Assembly: GCA_963728075.1 (NCBI GenBank)
Contig: CAVSIP010000003.1
Span: forward strand, 617,463 to 681,462
DNA: 64,000 nucleotides
Direction of reading: 5' to 3'
From: an uncultured Actinomycetota bacterium
GTDB taxonomy: Bacteria; Actinomycetota; Actinomycetes; JAFAQI01; DASSKL01
In this document: piece by piece, positions 34,911-45,425 of the stretch
Layout: every line of letters begins with the position of its first letter
Numbering within the stretch: the stretch's first letter is position 1
The notes under the pieces: model-generated
The model's database searches: none
Told to the model about the DNA's origin: nothing
The model's input: only the letters and a program-made list of their open reading frames with translations
Program-made: the position numbers and the translations under genes

Positions 34911-37900
34911 ATGCGACCGTCTGCTCGCCGTCTGATCCCGCTCGCCGCCACCGTCGTGCTGCTCGCCACGGCACCGATGGCCGTCGCCGCCGGTGGTGCG
35001 TCCACCCCGCCTGCAGGCGTGTCACAGGCGACCGGCGCGAAGGTGCTCTTCCCGCCGCTGCACGACGGGCAGACCTACGCGGACCTGAAGATCGGCAACG
35101 GCGACTGCGTGCCGACCCGGAGCCCGGAGCTGCCGCCGTCGTTCGACTGCAAGGGCAGCACGAAGCTCACCGACTACGCGCCACAGCCGGGCGACAGCGA
35201 CTACGACCCGACGGTCGAGAACAACCCGCAGGAGCTCTTCGGCGTCAAGGGTGCGGGGACGAACCACGCGTGGACGGTCAGCACCGGCCGTCCCGACACG
35301 GTCATCGCGGTGCTCGACTCCGGCATCGAGTGGGACACCCGCGAGCTCGCGGACAAGGTGGAGCTGAACAAGGGCGAGCTGCCACCACCGTGTGACAGCA
35401 CCGACCCGAGCAGCTGCGACAGCACGTACGGCGACCCGAACGCGACGTGGGACCTCAACGGCGACCACGTGTTCAGCGTCAGCGACTACGCGAACGACCC
35501 CCGCGTCCGCGCGGTCACCGACTCGACCGGTCGCGGCTACGTCGTCCCCGAGGACCTGATCCGGGCGTTCTCCGACGGCCAGGACCACGACGGCAACGGC
35601 TACCCGAACGACATCGCCGGTTGGGACTTCTACCAGCACGACAACGACCCGGCGGACGACGTGACGTACGGCCACGGCACCGGCGAGGCGAAGGACTCGA
35701 GCGCACAGGTCACACGGTCCTCGGTCAGCCAGTGCCCCAACTGCCGCGTGCTGCCGCTGCGCGTCGGCGACTCGTTCATTGCGGACATCAACAAGTTCGC
35801 CGCGGCGGTCGTCTACGCGACCGACAACCACGCGGACGTGGTCCAGGAGGCGCTGGGCACCCTCAACCACACGTCGTTCGCGCAGCAAGCGGTCGACTAC
35901 GCGTACGCGCACGGTGTCCTGGTCGTCGCGAGCGAGGCCGACGAGGCGGCGGGCCACCACAACTACCCGGCCGCGCTGAACCACACGATGGTGGTCAACT
36001 CGGTGACGCACTACGTCGACCCGGTCCAGCAGCCGAAGACCTACCTCGCCATCAACGGCTGCACGAACTACGGCGGCTACACGTGGGTCTCGGTGGAGTC
36101 GAACTCCTGCTCCTCCGACGCGACCGGGCAGTCGGCGGGGATGGCCGGGCTGCTCTACTCGGCGGCGCAGAACGCCGTCGAGAGCGGCGCCCTGCCTGCC
36201 CGCCCCGACGGCCTGCCGCTCTCGGCCGAGCAGGCGAAGCAGCTGTTCCGGCTGGCAGCGGAGGACATCGACTTCTCCACACCGAAGCCGCCGTTCGGCC
36301 CGCCGAACAACTTCGCCACGACGCTGCCGGACACCGTCCGGTACGTCACCACCGCCGGCTGGGACCAGGTGACCGGCTGGGGCCGGATCTCCGCGGACAA
36401 GCTCGTGGACCTGGTCACTGACGGCAAGATCCCGGGCGAGGCGGACATCACCTCGCCGACGGGGTGGAGCCCGCTCAGCACGACGGGGACCGTCGACGTC
36501 GTCGGCCGGGTCGCGGGCGCGCCGAAGGCGCCGGACTACACCTACGACGTCGAGGTCGCTCCCGGTGTGCAGCCGCCCATGGCGTCGTTGCCGGACACCT
36601 GGACAACCGTGGCAACCGGGAGCGGTACCGAGCCGAGGACCGGGACGCTTGCGACCCTCGACCTGGCGCAGGTGCGAGCGATGATCGACGCCGCCCCGCC
36701 CGCGTACACGCCGGCCAACGACCCGACGTCGCCCGACCTGCCGGAGCAGGACGCCTTCCGCGTCCGCGTCGTCGTGCACGTCGACGGCCGGCCGGACGCC
36801 GTCGAGCAGCGGCAGTACTTCTCCCACGCCGACGCCGACCTGCTCGCCCGGTTCCCGCGCAACCTCGACGCCGACATGACGGGCGCCGCGTTCGCCGACA
36901 TCGACGGCGACGGCACGTCGGAGATGATCTTCGGCGACGGCAACGGCTATGTGCACGCGATGAAGGCCGACGGCACGGAGGCCAAGGGCTGGCCCGTCGC
37001 CACCGAGAGGCTGACCTGGCTGCCCACCGGCGGACACAACGCGTACACCACGGGTGCCGTCTCCCCGGACGTCCACGCACCGCCCCTGCTCGGCAGCCCG
37101 CTCGTCGCCGACCTCGACGGTGACGGCTACCCCGAGGTCGCCGTCGACGACATCGAGGGCACGCTGCACGTCTACGACCACCAGGGCCGTGAGGTCGATG
37201 GCTTCCCGGTGCACACGAACCGCGCGTGGTCGCATGACCCGGGATGCCAGGAGCCAGGCCAGGCGCCGGACTGCGACCACTGGGTGCAGCACCACGTCCG
37301 CGACCACGTCAACACGGTCGACAAGGCGTTCGCGGCGATGCCGTCGGCAGGCGACCTCGACCCGTCGTACCCGGGGCTGGAGCTCGTCGCCGGTGCGATG
37401 GACGGGCACGTCTACGCGTGGCACGCCGACGGCACGCCCGTCGCCGGGTGGCCGGTCCTGCCGCGCGACCCGGCGAAGGTCGCCAACGTCGACCCGCAGA
37501 GCCACCTGGTGACCTTCAAGTCGGGCGCCAACGCCGAGTACGGCAAGCAGATCATCACGACGCCGACGCTCGCCGACATCAACGGGGACGGGGCGCTCGA
37601 GGTCCTCGTCAACGTCGACGAGGAGTACACGGAGACGCCGAACTGGTCGTCGCGTACGCCGGTCGCCGACGGGCTCGGTTACAGCGGCGCGGTCGGCAGC
37701 GGCAACACCCGGACCTACGCCCTGTGGGCCGACGGCACCAAGCACGCGGGGAACGAGACGATCGGCAACCTCGGCGACAACGCGTACCTCCCCGGCTGGC
37801 CGGTCAAGATCGGCATGATCGAGACCGAGCTGCTGCCCGACGTCGGCTCCGGGTCGGACGGGTCGCCGGTCGTCGCCCACGCGGTGGCAGGCAGTGACAC

Positions 37901-39074
37901 GCCGCAGATCGCCACGACGTCGATCGGCGGGCCGCCGTACCTGCTCAACGCAGACGGGACCAGCGTCTACGGCGCGGACCCCGACGGCCACTACCGCACG
38001 ATGTCCACCGTCGAGGGCAAGAGCGCCGCGACCGACTACCCGTCGATCGCCTCGCTCGGTGGCGGCGCGCTCGGCCGGCTCGGCGGCACCGGCTCGCCGA
38101 TGTCGTTCGCGATGGGCGCGACGGGGCTCAAGCGCCTGCTGGACGTCGTGCTGCCCGACCAGCAGCTCGGCGCCGAGGACCACGTCGACGCGTGGGACAC
38201 CACCACCGGCACGTTCGAGCCCGGATTCCCGGCACGGATGAACGACCTGCAGTTCTTCAACACACCCGCGATCGCGGACATCGACGGCAGCGGCCGCCCG
38301 TCGGTGCTGCAGGGATCGGCGGTGTACGACCTGCGGGCCTACCAGCTGGGCGGCACGTCACCGAACGGCTGGCCGAAGTTCACCGGCGGCTGGGTCACGC
38401 AGACACCGGCGGTGGGCGACCTGCTCGGTGACGGGGGACTCGAGGTGACGATCCCGACCCGCGAGGGCACCCTGTTCGTCTGGAAGACGGCGGGCAGCGT
38501 CTGCGGCGACCTGGAGTGGCCGAAGTTCCAGCACGATCTGCACAACAGCGGCAACTACGACACCGACGCGACCCCGCCGGGCGCCCTGCGGGGCGTGCAC
38601 TTCGACGGCGACACGCTGCACGTGACCGCCAGCGGCGACAACGGCTACTGCCCCGGCACCGGGAAGTCGTACCTGCTGACCGCGGGCGGCCGGCGCACGG
38701 TGCTCGACGTAGCACCGGCCCCTGCCGGCACCGCGCAGACGATCCCGCTCGGCGACCTGCTGCACGGTCAGCAGAACGCGACGATCAGCGAGGTGGACGC
38801 GGCCGGCAACGTGTCGTTCCCGGTCGATGTCGTCACGGGCAAGCCCGGCCGCGACCGCGGCAAGCACCTCGGCGACGCCGGAGCCAACGATCACGGCTCA
38901 TCCGTACAACCCGGCGACGGCACGGTGCGGGCAGTGGCGTACGGCAGCGGCGGTGGCGGCGGCGACTTCCACGCCCGCGACGTCGCAGCCGTGGCTGCGC
39001 CGTTCGAGCTGTCGCTGCTGGCGCTCGTGGCTGCCGCTGCGGTGCGCCGGCGGCGGCGCGGACGGAGGGCGTGA
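34911..39074 (+). CDS. Secreted S8 (subtilase-like) peptidase with FG-GAP/VCBS repeats and C-terminal anchor
   Basis: VIAVLDSG (Asp), GHGT (His), SCSSDATG (Ser region), several (A/G)D(I/L)(D/N)GDG repeats, C-terminal hydrophobic helix plus RRRRR. Confidence 0.85.
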   Translation: MRPSARRLIPLAATVVLLATAPMAVAAGGASTPPAGVSQATGAKVLFPPLHDGQTYADLKIGNGDCVPTRSPELPPSFDCKGSTKLTDYAPQPGDSDYDPTVENNPQELFGVKGAGTNHAWTVSTGRPDTVIAVLDSGIEWDTRELADKVELNKGELPPPCDSTDPSSCDSTYGDPNATWDLNGDHVFSVSDYANDPRVRAVTDSTGRGYVVPEDLIRAFSDGQDHDGNGYPNDIAGWDFYQHDNDPADDVTYGHGTGEAKDSSAQVTRSSVSQCPNCRVLPLRVGDSFIADINKFAAAVVYATDNHADVVQEALGTLNHTSFAQQAVDYAYAHGVLVVASEADEAAGHHNYPAALNHTMVVNSVTHYVDPVQQPKTYLAINGCTNYGGYTWVSVESNSCSSDATGQSAGMAGLLYSAAQNAVESGALPARPDGLPLSAEQAKQLFRLAAEDIDFSTPKPPFGPPNNFATTLPDTVRYVTTAGWDQVTGWGRISADKLVDLVTDGKIPGEADITSPTGWSPLSTTGTVDVVGRVAGAPKAPDYTYDVEVAPGVQPPMASLPDTWTTVATGSGTEPRTGTLATLDLAQVRAMIDAAPPAYTPANDPTSPDLPEQDAFRVRVVVHVDGRPDAVEQRQYFSHADADLLARFPRNLDADMTGAAFADIDGDGTSEMIFGDGNGYVHAMKADGTEAKGWPVATERLTWLPTGGHNAYTTGAVSPDVHAPPLLGSPLVADLDGDGYPEVAVDDIEGTLHVYDHQGREVDGFPVHTNRAWSHDPGCQEPGQAPDCDHWVQHHVRDHVNTVDKAFAAMPSAGDLDPSYPGLELVAGAMDGHVYAWHADGTPVAGWPVLPRDPAKVANVDPQSHLVTFKSGANAEYGKQIITTPTLADINGDGALEVLVNVDEEYTETPNWSSRTPVADGLGYSGAVGSGNTRTYALWADGTKHAGNETIGNLGDNAYLPGWPVKIGMIETELLPDVGSGSDGSPVVAHAVAGSDTPQIATTSIGGPPYLLNADGTSVYGADPDGHYRTMSTVEGKSAATDYPSIASLGGGALGRLGGTGSPMSFAMGATGLKRLLDVVLPDQQLGAEDHVDAWDTTTGTFEPGFPARMNDLQFFNTPAIADIDGSGRPSVLQGSAVYDLRAYQLGGTSPNGWPKFTGGWVTQTPAVGDLLGDGGLEVTIPTREGTLFVWKTAGSVCGDLEWPKFQHDLHNSGNYDTDATPPGALRGVHFDGDTLHVTASGDNGYCPGTGKSYLLTAGGRRTVLDVAPAPAGTAQTIPLGDLLHGQQNATISEVDAAGNVSFPVDVVTGKPGRDRGKHLGDAGANDHGSSVQPGDGTVRAVAYGSGGGGGDFHARDVAAVAAPFELSLLALVAAAAVRRRRRGRRA

Positions 39075-39075
39075 C

Positions 39076-41127
39076 ATGCGCAGGCTGCTGCTGAGCGCGA
39101 CCGCAGCGGCGCTCGTCGTCGCGCCGCTCGGGGCCCTGCACGCCGCCGCGACGCCGCCGTCCCGGTCGTTGCTGGCGGGTGCCGCCTCCGTGGACGTCAC
39201 GCCGCCTGCGCCTGGCACTGTGCCCGATCCCGCCGACTGCCGGCCGGTCGGCACGGCGGTCGGCTACGACGGGCCACGCCAGTTCGCGCTCGAGGAACCG
39301 TACGAGGACGTCAACGGCAACGGCCACTACGACGCGCCGGACCCGACCAACGGGGCGCCCGGCGAGCCGTTCCTCGACTGCCCGACGCCGACGGCGACAG
39401 GCGGCGTACGCCCGCCGGATGGGCGCTGGGACGGCGTCTACGTCGGCGGTGGCGACTGCTGCGACCGGCTCGGCATGAAGGTGCTCGACCCGCTGGAGGC
39501 GGACGCACTCGTCGTCGCGAACGGGGACAAGCGCATCGCGGTCGTCACGGTCGACAACGAGGGCGTGTTCAAGGAGATCTGGGACGAGGTGCGGGCGAAG
39601 GTCGCTGCCGATGGCGTGCACCTCGATGCCGTGTTCCCGTCGTCGACGCACGACGAGTCGGCGCCCGACACGATCGGCATCACCGGCCCCGCGCAGACCA
39701 CGAGCGGGGTCGACCCGTTCTACGTCGAGTTCCTCGTCGCGCGCGTCGCGGGCGCGATCGAGCACGCCGCGTCGCACCTGCACCCGGTGCGCGTGCGCTA
39801 TGGCCGCGTCCAGCCCGGCAACCTGGTGCCGTGCTGGTCGTCGTACCCGTTCGTCGCCGACCAGAGCATCGGCGCGATGCAGGTCGTCTCCGCCCGCGGC
39901 CACGACGTGCTGGCGACGCTGGTCAACTACGGCATCCACGCGGAGGAGCTCGGGTTCTCCGAGGACACCAAGCACGACATCTCGGGCGACTGGTGGCACT
40001 TCCTGCGCGAGAGGCTACGCGCCGAGTACGGCGAGCGCCCGGTCCTCGCGATGGCCGGGATGGTCGGGTCGGTCGAGATGCCGATGATCCTCACCGGCGC
40101 GTACGACCCGACGCCGACGGGCGTGCACAAGTACTCCGCACGCGACGGCTGCACGACGATCTACAGCGGCCCGCCGCAGGCCGTGCCGCACGAGGGCGGG
40201 TACGACACCTACACGAAGAGGCTCGGCGAGACCGTCGCGTCCTGGGCTGATCGCGCCCTCGAGGACGGCGACTGGTCGCGCAGCGACCGGCTCGAGTTCG
40301 CACTGCAGACGATCCAGACGCCGATCACGAACGAGCTGTTCCTCGCCGCAGGGCCGCTGTGTGTGTTCGACTACCGGATCCTCTACACCGAGGGCGTCCC
40401 GACCGGCACCGGCGTGCCGCCGGCGTGTGGCGCCGGCGACCAGGTCGCGACCGACGTGGGCTACTTCCGGATCGGTGACGGGTCGTTCGTGATGGCTCCC
40501 GGTGAGCTGTTTCCGGTGACGTACGCGCACGACTTCCACGGTGCCGCCGGCGAGGCGGACCCGTCGGCCGGGCCGGTGCACGACTGGGTGCTCGCGCACC
40601 TGGGCGGGAGGTGGCGCTTCGTCGACGGCCTCGGCGGTGACCTGTCCGGCTACATCTTCCCGTCGAACAACGAGGTGGGAACGCCGACGCTGCCGGACAA
40701 CCCGCAGGGCGACGACGTCGACCGGTTCGGCTGCCACCACGTGGACGATGCGGAGGCCTCCAGCGGTCAGGAGGGCGACGTTGTCGACGACGCGCTCGCG
40801 ACGCTCCTGCCGCCATCACCGCGGGACCAGGTGCGGGTCGGGCGCTACGTCTACTCCGACGGCTCGCTGCACCGGGACCCGACCGGCGACGGCATCCTCG
40901 CGTGCAGCGCCCAGACCAGCGGGTTCGACGCGGCGCGCGGGCCTGCCACGGCGGTGTCGGTGGCGCCGGCCGGTGACAGCGCGCCGACGACCTACACGCC
41001 GGGTGTCGACGGCGTCAGGTGGATGGACCTCGACGGGCTCCCGCAGGCGGCGCCGAACCAGCAGACCCGAGGGGTGCTGCTGCCTGACGGCACCCGGATC
41101 TGGGTGGACGTCTACCCCGACGTGTAG
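39076..41127 (+). CDS. Secreted neutral/alkaline ceramidase-like protein
   Basis: Signal peptide, LAGAASVDVTP, LEADALVV...IAVVTVD, STHDESAPDTIG, LVNYGIHAE, MAPGELFP. Confidence 0.6.
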   Translation: MRRLLLSATAAALVVAPLGALHAAATPPSRSLLAGAASVDVTPPAPGTVPDPADCRPVGTAVGYDGPRQFALEEPYEDVNGNGHYDAPDPTNGAPGEPFLDCPTPTATGGVRPPDGRWDGVYVGGGDCCDRLGMKVLDPLEADALVVANGDKRIAVVTVDNEGVFKEIWDEVRAKVAADGVHLDAVFPSSTHDESAPDTIGITGPAQTTSGVDPFYVEFLVARVAGAIEHAASHLHPVRVRYGRVQPGNLVPCWSSYPFVADQSIGAMQVVSARGHDVLATLVNYGIHAEELGFSEDTKHDISGDWWHFLRERLRAEYGERPVLAMAGMVGSVEMPMILTGAYDPTPTGVHKYSARDGCTTIYSGPPQAVPHEGGYDTYTKRLGETVASWADRALEDGDWSRSDRLEFALQTIQTPITNELFLAAGPLCVFDYRILYTEGVPTGTGVPPACGAGDQVATDVGYFRIGDGSFVMAPGELFPVTYAHDFHGAAGEADPSAGPVHDWVLAHLGGRWRFVDGLGGDLSGYIFPSNNEVGTPTLPDNPQGDDVDRFGCHHVDDAEASSGQEGDVVDDALATLLPPSPRDQVRVGRYVYSDGSLHRDPTGDGILACSAQTSGFDAARGPATAVSVAPAGDSAPTTYTPGVDGVRWMDLDGLPQAAPNQQTRGVLLPDGTRIWVDVYPDV

Positions 41128-41177
41128 TGCGAGCGACGCTGGCCGGCCTGCCGCGAATACGCTGCGGGGGAGGGGAG

Positions 41178-41555
41178 GTGCGTGTCACGGACGACGGGCG
41201 ATTCGGCCTGGTGAACCTCACCAGGGTGTACGGCGCGGCGGACGAGCTGGACATGGCGCCGTTCGCAGAGCTGCTGGCCGACGGGGTGGTCATGCACCTT
41301 CCCGGGCTGTCGATGGAACTGGCCGGCGCCCAGGAGTGCGTGCGCGCCCTGCGCATGGCGTACGCGGATCTGCGCATACGTCAGCGGCCGCTCCGGGTCG
41401 AGCGGCTCGGCCCGTTCGTCGTCGTCCTCGTCACCGGCTCGTCGAGCCTGCGTACGACACTCGAGTCCGTCCACGTCATGCGTCTCGGCGGTGCGGAGCG
41501 GGTGGTCGAGTTCTGGGGGATCAGCACTCCGATGCACGTCCAAGGGGCGACGTGA
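41178..41555 (+). CDS. SnoaL/NTF2-like protein
   Basis: FAELLADGVVMHLPG..LAG..E pattern, about 125 aa, RBS GGGGAGG. Confidence 0.6.
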   Translation: MRVTDDGRFGLVNLTRVYGAADELDMAPFAELLADGVVMHLPGLSMELAGAQECVRALRMAYADLRIRQRPLRVERLGPFVVVLVTGSSSLRTTLESVHVMRLGGAERVVEFWGISTPMHVQGAT

Positions 41556-42681
41556 ACCCGCGGCTGCCGGCACCGACCACGCGGTAGTGGAAGTCGCTGT
41601 CGCCGAACAGGGCGTCGACGGCGAGCAGCCGCTTGAGGTAGTGCCCGATCGGGAGCTCGTCCGTCATGCCGACGCCACCGTGCGTCTGCACGGCGGCCTC
41701 GCCGACGAGCCGGCCCAGCCTTCCCACCTGCGCCTTGAGGACGGAGACGTCGCGTGCGGTGGCCTGACCTGCCTCGGCCAGCGCCGCCGTGTAGACCAGC
41801 GTCGTGTGCGCCTTGGTGTGTGCGATCTTCATGTCGGCCAGCCGATGCGCCACCGCCTGGAAGGCGGCGATGGGCTTGCCGAACTGCTCCCGCGTCATGC
41901 CGTACGCCGCGGTCCGGCGCAGCAGGGCGCCCATCGCCCCGACCCCCTCGGCCGCCAGTGCGACGACAGCGTCGGTCACGACACCGGTGATCGCGGCGTA
42001 CGCGTCGTTCGACACGCAGCACTCGCGCGGGACCGCGACGCCGTCGAACGTGACGTGGGCGGCGGCGCGGCCGTCGATGGTCGTGAACGGGCTCATCCGG
42101 ACACCGGGTGTCTGCCGTTCCACGACCAGTAGGACGAGGCCGTCCGGCTGACCTGGCTCGCCGGACTCGCGCGCGGTCACGACCAGCACGTCCGCCTCGG
42201 CCGCCCCCAGGACGAGCCGCTTCTTGCCGTCGAGGTGGTACGTGTCACCCGTCCTGCGGCAGCGCATCGCGACCTGTGCCGGGTCTGCGGTCCCACGGCC
42301 CTCCTCGTGGGCCAGCGCACCGAGCGTCGTGCCGGCCATGATCCGCTCGAGCCAGCGGCGGGCCGCCGGCTGCTCGGGCGCGATCGCCAGGGCCCGCCCG
42401 GCCAGGAGAACCGACGACAGGTACGGCTCCACCAGCAGGTGCTCGCCGAACAGCTCGGTGACGGCGACGACGTCGACCACCGACCCGCCCGTGCCGCCGA
42501 CGGCTTCGGGGAACGGCAGCGTCAGCAGGCCCAGGTCGCCCAGCGCCGCCCAGACCTCGGCGGAGAACGGACGGTCCGAGTGCACGATCGCCTGGCGCGC
42601 GTCGAAACCGTAGCTCCGCCGCAGGTAGCTCGTGACGCTCTGCCGAAGCAGCACCTGCTCGTCCGTGAAGGAGAAGTCCAT
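41521..42681 (-). CDS. Acyl-CoA dehydrogenase, beta (PimD-like) subunit
   Basis: MDFSFTDEQVLL, REQFGKPIAAFQAVAHRLADM, VQTHGGVGMTDE. Confidence 0.9.
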   Translation of the reverse strand: MDFSFTDEQVLLRQSVTSYLRRSYGFDARQAIVHSDRPFSAEVWAALGDLGLLTLPFPEAVGGTGGSVVDVVAVTELFGEHLLVEPYLSSVLLAGRALAIAPEQPAARRWLERIMAGTTLGALAHEEGRGTADPAQVAMRCRRTGDTYHLDGKKRLVLGAAEADVLVVTARESGEPGQPDGLVLLVVERQTPGVRMSPFTTIDGRAAAHVTFDGVAVPRECCVSNDAYAAITGVVTDAVVALAAEGVGAMGALLRRTAAYGMTREQFGKPIAAFQAVAHRLADMKIAHTKAHTTLVYTAALAEAGQATARDVSVLKAQVGRLGRLVGEAAVQTHGGVGMTDELPIGHYLKRLLAVDALFGDSDFHYRVVGAGSRGFTSPLGRASEC

Positions 42682-42694
42682 CGTCGTTCCTCGG

Positions 42695-43900
42695 TCAGCG
42701 GCCGGCGAGCGTCCGGGCGATGAGGTCGCGCTGCACCTCGTTCGTGCCTGCGTAGATCGACGCCGCGCGGCTGTTCAGGTAGTAGGGCATCGCGACGAGG
42801 TCGAAGTCGTCGGTCAGGGCCTCGACTCCCGAGCCCACCCCGAGCGCGTCGACCTGCAACGGCAGTGCCTCCAGGCCGGAGACCCTCGCCATCATCGCCG
42901 TGAGGCGCTGGGTCAGCTCGGACCCCGCCGTCTTGTTGATCGAGGGAAAGGCAGGATCCGCCATGACGGGGTGGCCGCTGATCGCCAGCTTCTCCAGGTG
43001 CTCGAGCGATGCCACCTCTGCCTCCAGCTCACCCAGGTCGCGCTGGAAAACCGGGTCGTCCGCCAGGCGGCCGCCGTACGCCGAGGTGCGTGTCGACGCG
43101 GCGTCCCGGATCGCCTCGACGAAGCGCAACAGCGACGGGCTCTGCGTCGACACGCCGCGCTCGTGCGCGAGCAGGTGCTTTGCGACGGCCCAGCCTGCAC
43201 CCTCGTCGCCGACACGGTTGGCCTGCGGCACGCGGACGTCGTGGAAGAACACCTCGCACTGCTCCGGGAAGCCGTCGAGCCCGACGATGGGCCGCACCTC
43301 CAGGCCCGGCGAGTCCATGCGGTCCAGCAGCAGGAAGGTGATGCCTTCCTGCTTGCGGCCCGCACTGCTGGTGCGCACCAGCATGAACATCCGGTTCGCG
43401 CGATGCGCCAGCGTCGTCCAGATCTTGCTGCCGTTGACGACGTAGTCGTCGCCGTCGGGGACGGCGCTGCAGCTCAGCGAGGCGAGGTCCGACCCTGCGT
43501 TCGGCTCCGAGTAGCCCTGCGTCCAGAAGTCCTCACCGGAGAGGATCCCGGGCAGGTGGCGCTGCTTCTGCTCCTCGGTCCCGAGGTCGATGAGCAACGG
43601 CCCGATCATCTTCAGGCCGTTCGGGAGCAGCGGCGGCAGGTTCCGCCGCGCGTACTCCTCGGCGAACACGAACCGCTGGTCCACCGACCAGCCGGTGCCG
43701 CCGTACTCCACCGGCCAGGCCGGCGCGGCCCACCCCTTGCCGTGCAGGATGCGGTGCCACTCCATGACCTCGTCGAACGGCGAGAAGACGCTCGTGAGCT
43801 TGCGGCCAGCCTCGCGGATGGCGACGGTCGGGGCGGTGTCGAGGAAGGCGGCGACCTCCTCGCGGAAGGCCTCGAGCTCCGGCCCGGTCTCCAGATGCAT
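42695..43900 (-). CDS. Acyl-CoA dehydrogenase, alpha (PimC-like) subunit
   Basis: WTQGYSEPNAGSDLASL, NGSKIWTT, SIYAGTNEVQR. Confidence 0.92.
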   Translation of the reverse strand: MHLETGPELEAFREEVAAFLDTAPTVAIREAGRKLTSVFSPFDEVMEWHRILHGKGWAAPAWPVEYGGTGWSVDQRFVFAEEYARRNLPPLLPNGLKMIGPLLIDLGTEEQKQRHLPGILSGEDFWTQGYSEPNAGSDLASLSCSAVPDGDDYVVNGSKIWTTLAHRANRMFMLVRTSSAGRKQEGITFLLLDRMDSPGLEVRPIVGLDGFPEQCEVFFHDVRVPQANRVGDEGAGWAVAKHLLAHERGVSTQSPSLLRFVEAIRDAASTRTSAYGGRLADDPVFQRDLGELEAEVASLEHLEKLAISGHPVMADPAFPSINKTAGSELTQRLTAMMARVSGLEALPLQVDALGVGSGVEALTDDFDLVAMPYYLNSRAASIYAGTNEVQRDLIARTLAGR

Positions 43901-44119
43901 CAGCTGCGGCCCCCTGCTGCCGTCCCGCGGAATCGTGGCGGGTCTTCCCGTCCGGTCGCCAACGTAGTAGCCGCCTGGTCGCATGTGTGGCGGGTGCCAC
44001 GCCCTCGGAGGTCTTTGGACCCTGTGGGTCTCGCCGCCGAGGGCGGAACGTCCACATGTCAAGTGCGCGCACGGACGGTGTCTGCGACGTGCCTCGGTTC
44101 CACAGAAGGAAGGCCAAGC

Positions 44120-45349
44120 ATGATCGGTTCGAAACGGTGGCTGACTCTCGTTGCCGCCGTGGGGGTGTCCGCTGTCGGGCTGACCGCGTGTGGCGGTGGC
44201 TCGTCGAACCAGGCGGCGTCGGAGAGCCCGAGCGCGTCGGCATCGGCGTCCAGCTCGACCGCCGCTCCGTCGATCTCTGCGACGTCGTTCACCGCTGACT
44301 TCTCCGTGATGAGCCAGCTGAAGGACCTGGCTGCGCAGGGCAAGGGCAAGATCGGAGTCCTGCTGCCCGAGACCACGACCTCAGCGCGGTACACCGCTTT
44401 CGACGCTCCGTACCTGACCAAGGCGTTCCAGGCTGCGGGGCTGAGCTCTGACCAGTTCATCATCACCAACGCACAGGGCAGCACCGCCACCGAGAAGACG
44501 CAGGCGGAGGCGGCCATGACGCAGGGTGCGACCGTCCTGGTGATGGACCCGATCGACTCCGGTGTGGGTGCGGCGATCGAGTCCGAGGCGAAGTCGCGTG
44601 GCGTCAAGGTCATCGACTACGACCGGCTGACCCTCGGCGGCAGCCGTGACTACTACGTGAGCTTCGACAACGTGAAGGTCGGCGAGCTCATCGGTCAGGG
44701 CTTCGTCGACTGCGTGCAGGCGTGGAACGTCAGCAAGCCCAACGTGCTCGTCATGCGCGGTGCGCCGACGGACAACAACGCCACCCTGTTCGCTCAGGGG
44801 TACGACGGCGTGCTGCAGCCGAAGTTCGACTCCGGTGAGTACGTGAAGGTCGGCGAGCCGGCCGGGACGTGGGACCCGCCGACCGCGCAGACGACGTTCC
44901 AGCAGCAGTACACGGCGCACAAGAACATCAACGCCGTTGTGATGCCGAACGACGACAACGCCAATGCGGTGATCTCCTACCTGAAGACCCTCAACATCCC
45001 GCCGAGGAAGTTCCCCACCACCGGCCAGGACGCGACCGTGACCGGCCTGCAGAACATCCTCTCGGGCTACCAGTGCGGCACCGTCTACAAGCCGATCTAC
45101 CTCGAGGCGCAGGCCGCAGCAGCGCTCGCCCTCTACCTGCGGGCGGGCATGCAGCCCCCGGCGGACCTGGTCAACGGCCAGACCGAGGACAGCCAGGCGA
45201 AGAGCCAGGTGCCGTCCGTGCTCCTGACCCCGGTCTGGGTGACTGCGGACAACATGGCCAAGACCGTCGTCGCGGACAAGTTCGTCGACACCGCGAAGCT
45301 GTGTGCGGGTGCGCTCGCGGACGCGTGCAAGCAGGCCGGAATCCAGTAA
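44120..45349 (+). CDS. Sugar ABC substrate-binding lipoprotein (XylF/ChvE-like)
   Basis: Lipobox LTAC, LLPETTTSARY, IDYDRL, SFDNVKVG, GAPTDNNA, TTGQDA. Confidence 0.9.
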   Translation: MIGSKRWLTLVAAVGVSAVGLTACGGGSSNQAASESPSASASASSSTAAPSISATSFTADFSVMSQLKDLAAQGKGKIGVLLPETTTSARYTAFDAPYLTKAFQAAGLSSDQFIITNAQGSTATEKTQAEAAMTQGATVLVMDPIDSGVGAAIESEAKSRGVKVIDYDRLTLGGSRDYYVSFDNVKVGELIGQGFVDCVQAWNVSKPNVLVMRGAPTDNNATLFAQGYDGVLQPKFDSGEYVKVGEPAGTWDPPTAQTTFQQQYTAHKNINAVVMPNDDNANAVISYLKTLNIPPRKFPTTGQDATVTGLQNILSGYQCGTVYKPIYLEAQAAAALALYLRAGMQPPADLVNGQTEDSQAKSQVPSVLLTPVWVTADNMAKTVVADKFVDTAKLCAGALADACKQAGIQ

Positions 45350-45361
45350 GCCGGACCGTAG

Positions 45362-45394
45362 CGGTGGCCGGGTCTCGAGAAGACCCGGCCACCG
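45362..45394 (+). terminator. Intercistronic stem-loop after binding-protein gene
   Basis: Inverted repeat with core GCCGGGTCT-CGAGA-AGACCCGGC. Confidence 0.6.
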
Positions 45395-45425
45395 AGCCGC
45401 CCACACCGAGGAGAGGAACGACAGG

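Noticed and set aside
35022-38183. 1053-aa antisense ORF, and similar long ORFs at 47971-50610, 29024-31138, 20470-22395, 4477-6411
   Set aside because: Shadow frames of well-supported genes on the opposite strand. These are common in high-GC DNA and carry no recognisable motifs.
42632-45349. Apparent large fusion proteins in the ORF track (also 57269-60283, 60327-62606, 17479-19251)
   Set aside because: Only the C-terminal part is a real gene with its own RBS or signal peptide. The extension overlaps other genuine genes or promoters.
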